From: Pseudobdellovibrionaceae bacterium
GTDB taxonomy: Bacteria > Bdellovibrionota > Bdellovibrionia > Bdellovibrionales > Bdellovibrionaceae
Assembly (NCBI GenBank): GCA_041288045.1
Contig: JBGGMM010000066.1
Coordinates: 1-15,409, forward strand
Reading direction: 5' to 3'
Length of the DNA: 15,409 nt
In this document: positions 7,935 to 14,700 of the stretch, piece after piece
How the letters are laid out: each line of letters opens with the position of its first letter
Numbering within the stretch: the stretch's first letter is position 1
Position numbers and translations under genes: made by a program
Notes under the pieces: generated by a model
What the model was told of the DNA's origin: nothing
What the model saw: only the letters and a program-made list of their open reading frames with translations
Databases searched by the model: none

Positions 7935-7961
7935 TTATCGGTTTTTTCGACACTGGGCTGA
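7935..7961 (-). promoter_or_regulatory. Putative sigma28 (FliA) promoter
   Basis: TCAG-N15-ACCGATAA versus consensus TAAA-N15-GCCGATAA, followed by 8 nt and the ATG at 7926. Confidence 0.6.
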
Positions 7962-8036
7962 AGAGAAGCTTCACACAAAGTGACTCAAACTGAGATGCGA
8001 AAAGAGCTCAGGACCTCAGTCTTGATTTGCTGTCCC

Positions 8037-8065
8037 TTGCTTTGTGGATCTCAAGTGTTTAGGTT
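8037..8065 (+). promoter_or_regulatory. Putative sigma70-type promoter of the LEA_2 gene
   Basis: TTGCTT (8037-8042), 17 nt, TAGGTT (8060-8065), then SD GAGGT at 8074-8078. Confidence 0.35.
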
Positions 8066-8082
8066 GAATGGCAGAGGTGAGG

Positions 8083-8520
8083 ATGAAAATTTTTTGGATC
8101 ATTATGATTGCAGGGGCTGTTTCGGCCTGCTCAGGTTTGCACAAAGATCTGATTGAACCCAAAGTGAATTTACAAAACGTTCAGGTCACGGATCCGACTT
8201 TTTCAGAGGCCACTTTGGTTTTTCATTTTCAAGTCGAAAATCCCAACACAGTTCCTCTTGAAGTGGACAAAGTGAATTACAATCTCAAACTCAATGGCAA
8301 AGCTTTCACCAGCGGGGTTCTGGATCAGGGTTTGAAAGTGGATTCGAAATCCTCCGCTGTGATCCCGCTGCCAGTTCGTGTGAAGTATGCGGATTTGGCT
8401 TCGTCCATCACCACCCTTCTCAGTCAGGGGAGCACTCCCTATGAATTGGATGGCTCGGTGAAAGTGGGCTGGTTTTCAGTTCCCTTTAAAAAAGATGGCG
8501 AAGTGAAATTGCAAGAGTGA
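8083..8520 (+). CDS. LEA type 2 / WHy domain lipoprotein
   Basis: Lipoprotein signal MKIFWIIMIAGAVSA-C, P-x-V start of domain, conserved V-x-NPN motif, and C-terminal YELDG...VPF...G. Confidence 0.87.
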   Translation: MKIFWIIMIAGAVSACSGLHKDLIEPKVNLQNVQVTDPTFSEATLVFHFQVENPNTVPLEVDKVNYNLKLNGKAFTSGVLDQGLKVDSKSSAVIPLPVRVKYADLASSITTLLSQGSTPYELDGSVKVGWFSVPFKKDGEVKLQE

Positions 8521-8536
8521 AATCAGCTGACGAAAT

Positions 8537-9316
8537 TCAGCCTGGTGAGGTCGCTGGCGGAGTTTTTAGATCGGCCGAGGCGGGACGAGAAAGTTCTTCG
8601 TCAAACTCATCCAAGGAATAAATTTTAAAAGCATGACGAATCACGTGCTGAGCGACGTTTCGAACCGGCACTCCGCCTAAAGTCACCCCGTGCTCAGTGC
8701 CTTTATGGGCATGGCCATGAAAAGCCACATTGGCGCCGCCATCATCAATCGCTTCGGCGAGCAAGTAGCTGCCAAGAAAAGGATAGATTTCTTTTTTTTC
8801 TCCTAACAGTGTTTGCGCTGTGGGGGAGTAGTGAAGAAGGGCGATTTTGTAATCTGTTTGAAGTGCCAGGAGTCCTTCTCGCAGGTCATCGGCCATTTGC
8901 TTGGTGTGACCCACGAAGGCTTTCATTTCTGGCTCGCCAAAGTCGCTGCAGCAGGCACCCATAAAGCCGCCACCAAATCCTTTGAGACCGTAAATCCCAA
9001 TGGAAGTGTCTTGGGATTTTAAAATGGTGCCACTGTGATCGAGCACTCGGACTTTGGCGGCCTCGAGGATTTCTTTGACCTCGTCTTCGCGGTCTAAGTG
9101 GTAATCGTGATTGCCAAGCACAGCGATGACTGGGACCGGGCATTCGCGCAGATCATCGGCGAGAGCTTTGATTTCATCGGGGTGGCCCACTTGGGTCAGG
9201 TCACCGGCAATCAGAAAAGCGCAGGCTTTGCCTTCAAGCTCAGGCCAGTAGCGGCTGAGGCGCCCGCGCGAATTTCGATCAAAGTGAACGTCTCCGACGG
9301 CGGCGATTCGAATCAT
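8537..9316 (-). CDS. Calcineurin-like metallophosphoesterase (Icc/CpdA-related)
   Basis: All five motifs present: GDVH, AGDLT, GNHD, LLHY, HGHAH. The ATG at 9316 overlaps the upstream TGA (ATGA). 259 aa. Confidence 0.92.
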   Translation of the reverse strand: MIRIAAVGDVHFDRNSRGRLSRYWPELEGKACAFLIAGDLTQVGHPDEIKALADDLRECPVPVIAVLGNHDYHLDREDEVKEILEAAKVRVLDHSGTILKSQDTSIGIYGLKGFGGGFMGACCSDFGEPEMKAFVGHTKQMADDLREGLLALQTDYKIALLHYSPTAQTLLGEKKEIYPFLGSYLLAEAIDDGGANVAFHGHAHKGTEHGVTLGGVPVRNVAQHVIRHAFKIYSLDEFDEELSRPASADLKTPPATSPG

Positions 9317-10281
9317 TGCAAAGCCTCGACATCGCCAGGGGCCTTCCATTCAGCCACATGCAGTTGATCTTCGATCTTATGTTCCGGAGCCATTTCGCGA
9401 ATCAATTCTAGAATCGCTTTGTGCTGGTCGACGGATTGGATTTGGCCGCGGACCAAGATGTGTTTGTCTTGCAAAAGCACATCAATGCCAAGGCCACCGA
9501 TTTTTTCACTCTTCACCAGAGCCTCGCGGACTTTGGCGGCTAAATATGTATCTCCCATTTCAGTTCTCACTTGCGGCCTTGGGCCCATCTGTGGATTTTT
9601 ATCATGGCTGCGATAATCTTTTCGGGTGCTGCCATTTTCAAACACGGTTTCAAAAATTCTTTGGATGGGACCATTGGGAACCCAGATGTCTGAAGATTGA
9701 GCGTAGAGAAGAAGTGCCAACAATCTTCGCGGCGCTTTTCGCGAGCGGTGAACCAGATAATCCCAATTGAGCTTGGCTTGTGAAAGCACAGACAGAGCGT
9801 CGTGCCAGTGGTGGTGGCCTTCTTCGGAGTGCACGGCGCATTTAATCAGAATGAAATCCTCAGGGCTGACCATTTTCACTTGTCGACCGTGATAATTGAC
9901 AAGGACCGAGTGATCCTTCATTTCATCGTCGAAATAAAAGCCGCCTTCGGATCGAAAAATGATGTCGATCAAAACATTTTCTTTGTAGGCTTTAAAAATC
10001 CAAGAAGGGTTGAAACGATTGGTTTCAAAGCCATATTCTTTGAGGACCTCCAGCAACGCATCGGCATCTTCAGGTCTGACAAAGAGATCAATGTCTTGAG
10101 TGGGTCTGGGGCGACCAAGGCCGCTGGCTGCGACTCCGCCAATCAAAGCGTAGTCGACTTTTTTTTCTTCAAGTGCATCGAGAGTGGCAAAGAGGGCCGC
10201 ATCAAAGCGTCGGCTCTCCTCTGTGTTGATCGAGCTGGATTGTCCTTTGGAATCATCATGAGGCCGTCCCAAAACCAACAT
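9313..10281 (-). CDS. Pol-beta-superfamily nucleotidyltransferase with C-terminal BON domain
   Basis: IGGVAA...GRPRPTQDIDLFV (GG plus DxD) and a third Asp in LIDIIF. C-terminal BON: DTYLAAKVREAL...IDV...ILVRG...IEDQLHV (~9552-9355). SD AGGAG (10293-10289) lies 7 nt before ATG 10281. 322 aa. Confidence 0.87.
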   Translation of the reverse strand: MLVLGRPHDDSKGQSSSINTEESRRFDAALFATLDALEEKKVDYALIGGVAASGLGRPRPTQDIDLFVRPEDADALLEVLKEYGFETNRFNPSWIFKAYKENVLIDIIFRSEGGFYFDDEMKDHSVLVNYHGRQVKMVSPEDFILIKCAVHSEEGHHHWHDALSVLSQAKLNWDYLVHRSRKAPRRLLALLLYAQSSDIWVPNGPIQRIFETVFENGSTRKDYRSHDKNPQMGPRPQVRTEMGDTYLAAKVREALVKSEKIGGLGIDVLLQDKHILVRGQIQSVDQHKAILELIREMAPEHKIEDQLHVAEWKAPGDVEALQ

Positions 10282-10315
10282 TGCAGATCTCCTTTTTTGG
10301 CTCATCGCTCTCGCC

Positions 10316-10335
10316 AGAAAAAGGCATTCTGCCCC
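10316..10335 (-). terminator. Weak terminator-like hairpin in the NTase 5' leader
   Basis: GGGGCA-GAA-TGCCTT followed by TTTCT. Only 4 Watson-Crick pairs plus 2 G-U pairs. Confidence 0.2.
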
Positions 10336-10369
10336 AACTCTGACGAATACTTTGCTCAATGTTAAGGAG

Positions 10370-10385
10370 TGCAAGCGACGTTCCA
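10370..10385 (-). promoter_or_regulatory. Sigma54 (RpoN) -24/-12 promoter
   Basis: TGGAACG-TCGC-TTGCA versus consensus TGGCACG-N4-TTGCW. GG-N10-GC spacing is exact, the site is intergenic, and it points toward the NTase gene. Confidence 0.78.
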
Positions 10386-10390
10386 AAAAC

Positions 10391-11788
10391 CTAATGGAAA
10401 CTGATGGTGTGGCCGACCCATTGGGTGATGGTATCGATAGTTGTCGATGGGGTGTAGGTGCCTGTGCTGGAGACGACTTTTTCAATCACACTGACAGAGG
10501 GAATGTTGCCTCCAGTGACGACATGTTTGTAGCCACTGGCCATAGAAACTGTTGCAGCTCCTCCGTTGAGGGTCATTTGAAATCCTAAAATCAGTTCATT
10601 TGCGTAGGTCGTCGTGACCGCGCCACCACTAATTGTCGTAGAAAATCCCGTGGCACTTGCAATTTGATCCACAGGACTGACGGGATCAAGGCCCTTGTAT
10701 TCCATGATGTTCAAATGAAGTCTCACTGCGCTGCCACTGATATTGGCTGTGACAATGTTCTGACCTGCAGTGGCAGCAACGATATTTTTAGCATAATAAA
10801 TATATTGAGTCGTGCCTGTGCCGCGGATGGGACCGCTGGCCAAAGTGTAGGTATTTCCCCTGGTATCGGAAATGGAAGTGACCGTTGCGGTGCTGTGATC
10901 AAATCCCACTTGGGCGATGATCAGATTGCCAGCAGTTTGTGGAGAGGTAAATGCTGTGCTGATTGTCGTGTCTGAAGTGTCGTAGGAATTGCTTTGAACC
11001 CGGCGGATGGTGGTTTCGCTGACGGCTCCAGAATTCTTCTTAAAGGCTGCCACTTCCAAAACCCAATCCGAGTTGTTCGCATCTTGAGTGGCCGTGGCGT
11101 TGTAATTGCCAGTGCTGGTGACCACTCGGTGCTGGGAGAAATTTCCAGCAAGATTTATAGCCGAAGAATAATTGGTGCCGTTAGCAGCGAGGCTCCAGGC
11201 CGTGTAGCCAGCTGAGAAAAGCAGACTGCAAGCCTGCGTGGTGGTGAGGTTGGCTGTGGACATGGCTGTCGAACTGACGCTGCCCGATCCTGAAGCGGCC
11301 ACTTGAAAGGGACTGGCAGTATCGAGACCCTTGTATTCATGTGCGAGGAAATTGATTCCATTCTTACTCGCTGAAAGATTGACAGTGATCGTATTATTTG
11401 CCGAAGCGGCAATGTTTTTTGCATAGTAGATGTACAATGTGCTGCTGCTACCGCGAATCGGACCAATCGCCAGAGAGTAAGTGTTTCCAGCTGTGTCGCC
11501 GACAGAAGAGACTGTTCCTGTCGCGGTATTCCAGCCAATTGAAATGATATTTAGATTTCCGGCTGTCTGAGCGGCTCCAAAAAAGGCCGAGATCGAACTG
11601 ACCCCGGCATCGATATTGCCAGCGTGTTGGACGAGCCCTGCTGTCGAAGTGTCACAGGTGATCACTCGTCTTCTCATCATGAGGGCGTTGAAAAAGGCAT
11701 CGGTCTCAGCCATTGGAAAGATCAAGGCCAAAAGACAGAGTGAAATCTTGAAGTTTGAATTCCATCTTCTTTTCACACCAGACCTCAC
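10391..11788 (-). CDS. Secreted protein with two tandem ~200-aa beta-rich domains; putative fibre-associated adhesin
   Basis: Signal peptide-like N-terminus (KRRW...ISLCLLALIFPMAETDA), then FFNALMMRRR, then two homologous domains. The GTG overlaps the fibre stop (TAGTG). Alternative GTG at 11776 with SD GAGGT. Confidence 0.78.
   Translation of the reverse strand: MRSGVKRRWNSNFKISLCLLALIFPMAETDAFFNALMMRRRVITCDTSTAGLVQHAGNIDAGVSSISAFFGAAQTAGNLNIISIGWNTATGTVSSVGDTAGNTYSLAIGPIRGSSSTLYIYYAKNIAASANNTITVNLSASKNGINFLAHEYKGLDTASPFQVAASGSGSVSSTAMSTANLTTTQACSLLFSAGYTAWSLAANGTNYSSAINLAGNFSQHRVVTSTGNYNATATQDANNSDWVLEVAAFKKNSGAVSETTIRRVQSNSYDTSDTTISTAFTSPQTAGNLIIAQVGFDHSTATVTSISDTRGNTYTLASGPIRGTGTTQYIYYAKNIVAATAGQNIVTANISGSAVRLHLNIMEYKGLDPVSPVDQIASATGFSTTISGGAVTTTYANELILGFQMTLNGGAATVSMASGYKHVVTGGNIPSVSVIEKVVSSTGTYTPSTTIDTITQWVGHTISFH
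10394..11635 (-). repeat. Intragenic duplication of a ~200-aa domain (~11635-11040 and ~11006-10394)
   Basis: QTAGNLNI...VSSVGDTAGNTYSLAIGPIRG...YIYYAKNIAA...HEYKGLDTASP versus QTAGNLII...VTSISDTRGNTYTLASGPIRG...YIYYAKNIVA...MEYKGLDPVSP. Confidence 0.9.
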
Positions 11789-14700
11789 TACTGCAGATTA
11801 TCAATCATGTTGTAAATAACGGTGTTGTTGAAAACGGTGAAAGTGAAAAGCACATCTTTCGAAGCCGTTGGAGCCACGTTGCCGCCGGAAGCTTTGAAAG
11901 TGTAACCGCCAGAGGCAAAGTTACAGACGCCAGAGTGTGCAGCGGCGCCTGAGATGTAAAGAGTGTAAGCGGCGCCATCTTTGAGATTGCTGAAGGTGAT
12001 GATCTTCGTTCCATCGCAGAGGAAAGTGGCCAGTTCCTGTTGGTTTCCGTTGGCCCAAGAGATCGTGTTGCTGATGTTGCTGGTTGTGAGGTAAGTGGAA
12101 CTGATCGCCAACTGACCGCGATCACCGGCAGTGCCTCTTGTGGCCTGTGTTCCAAGCGTGACGTCACCAGAAGTCGTAATATTGCCAGTGAATTTCGAAG
12201 CGCCGACAACATCCAGTTTGACGCTAGGGCTTGAGGTTCCGATTCCCACAGATCCATCTTGGGAAATCGCCAGTCGAGTCGTGTTGTTGGTCATAAAAGC
12301 CAAAGGACGGCTGTCCGTGGTTCCCAGAGAAGCGTTTGAGCCGAAGGCATTCCCGCCATTCACAAAACCAGTGGTCGAAGTCAGCGGCGTGATCCAGTAG
12401 AGAAGACCAGAAGCGTTGGTAGCCAAAGCCTGACCGCTGGAACCATCAGCCGAAGGAATTGTGAAAGTCACATCTGAAGCAATATTATCTGCAGCTCGCA
12501 AAGTGACTGTGTTGGTGCCATTCGCAACCAGTTCTCGCATGAGAATTTGACCCGTATTTCCAGTCGAAGTTCCATAAGGACGTGAAGTGATCGCACCGCT
12601 CACATCCAAGCTTGTGCCTGGAGCATTTGTTCCGATTCCCACATTTCCGGAACTCATGATTCTCATTCGTTCTTCAGGCTGGGCATCTGAGGTTGTGCTA
12701 CGAGCTCCGAAAATCAAATCACCTTTTGATTGCCCAGCACTGCTGCTTTCCTGGTAACCCATATAGGCCGGAGAATAAGTGTTGGATGGGGTGGTGTATC
12801 CAAATCCAATCAAGCGGTGACCGTTGGATGTGCTTTCATTACCACCGATTTGCAAATAAGTATTGGCATTGTTAATGGCTGAGATCATTCCTGGATAGGC
12901 GATTTGAACGAATGAAACTGGATTGGTGGTGCCAATCCCGACAGAGCCGTCTTGAGAGATGGCCATGCGAGTGGCATTGTTCGTCATGAAAGCCAAAGGC
13001 CGAGTGTCTTTGGTTCCCAAGGTCGCATTGACGCCAAAGGAATTTCCACCATTGGAATAAACATCTGTACTGGCAGAACCACCGGCAGACATGTCAATCC
13101 ATTTCCAAACACCAGAACCGTTGGTTGAAAGCACTTGTCCGTTGGATCCATCACCAGAAGGCATTGTGAAGCTCACATCAGCTGCGAGAAGATCCGGCGC
13201 TTTGAGAGTGACAGTGTTGGTTCCGTTTGTAGCAAGTTCGCGCATCAGGATTTGACCAGCTTGGCCAGCGCCTGTGCCGTAAGGACGAGACGTGATCGCG
13301 CCAGTTACATCGAGACTTGTTCCAGGAGAACTTGTACCAATGCCAACGTTTCCAGAAGACAAGATGCGCATTCTCTCACGGCCTGTATTGTCAAGTGTGG
13401 TTGAAAAGTAGAGATCTGCATTGAAATTGGGATGAACATGATTTGTCACGACACTGTTAATTGAGGACTGTTCAATTTTTTGTGAGTTTGTCGACGTCCC
13501 TTGGAAAAGCAACGAAGTGGCGCTGCCGGTGGCTGCTGCTCCGTTGTTGTCAAGACGTAATGGGATTGCGATGCCGCCGGAATTGCCAGTCACAATGCGA
13601 GTGGATTCGCCAGCAGGGTTGCGGATATCTAAAAAGTTTTCCGGAGTGTATCCGCCAATACCGATCTTACCATCTTGATAGATCTTGAGGCGTTCAACAG
13701 CGTTTGTTTGAAAAACCAGAGCGCCCTCAGCCGCGTTTGGTGACGAAGGTTGACCTGCGGAAAAGAAAATATTACCACGCTGATTGGCGCTGGCTGAATA
13801 AGAGTTCCCACGAGCTAAGAAATAAGGACCATGGGCTTCGGATCCAGAACCAAGTCCAGCAGCAAAGAATCCCATGCTGGCATCAACAGCTCCTGAAGAA
13901 GTTGAGCGCAAATAAATCAAATTGTCAGTCGAGCCTGTTCCCTGGTTGAGCAAGAGTCCACCAGTTAAAGTCAGTCGGTTGCTGACAGACATAGTTCCGT
14001 CTTGAGAAATCGCGACACGAGTGGTGCCGTTGGTTTGCAAGTTGAGTGGCTGACCATCATTGGTTCCAAGATCAGCGGCTTGGCCGAAAGAATTTCCGCC
14101 ATCGACAAAGCCTGAGCTTCCGCCGCTGGCATCAATCCATTTCCAAACACCAGAACCATTGGTTGAAAGAATCTGTCCGCTCGATCCATCACCAGAAGGC
14201 AGAGTGAAGCTCACATCAGCAGCAAGAACATCTGGGGCCTTGAGAGTGACTGTGTTCGTTCCGTTCGTAGCAAGTTCGCGCAAAAGAATTTGTCCGGTGT
14301 TGCCAGTTGCAGTCCCGGTCGGTCGAACAGTGATTGCGCCACTGACATCCAAGCTTGTGCCTGGAGACGTGGTTCCAATCCCGACGTTCCCAGTGGCTGA
14401 ATCCAAAAGGAGAGTGGTCGGCGACCATGAAGTTCCATTCCAAAAAGAAAAGCCCAAATCATTCTGTTCGGCTGCAGTCGCCCAGGCGTTTCCGCGAGCA
14501 TAAATGTTCCAACCTTTTGCCGTGGCCTGACCGACATAATCAGAGCCATTGCTCATGGTTTGCAGATTGAGAGCGACCTGATTACCACCGGCCGATCCAG
14601 GAGTGACATAACCCATGCTGGTGGCGGCCCCGTAAAGAGTGAGGGCGTATTGCGGATTGGTGGTTCCGATCCCCACATATCCGTCTGTCTTGATGGTCAT

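Noticed and set aside
7984..7994. CTCA-N3-TGAG dyad between the HD-GYP and LEA_2 genes
   Set aside because: Only 4-bp arms. It could be a transcription-factor site but cannot be supported from a single copy.
8537..10281. CBASS or other known anti-phage system
   Set aside because: The NTase lacks the CD-NTase GS motif and large helical C-lobe, and no Cap effector or ancillary genes are adjacent. A novel defence role is not excluded.
10282..10485. N-terminal extension of the NTase ORF
   Set aside because: It overlaps the upstream gene and the sigma54 promoter. A strong SD supports ATG 10281.
12253..14391. CRISPR-like array suggested by repeated DNA
   Set aside because: The repeats are long, in-frame coding modules spaced 0.7-1 kb apart.
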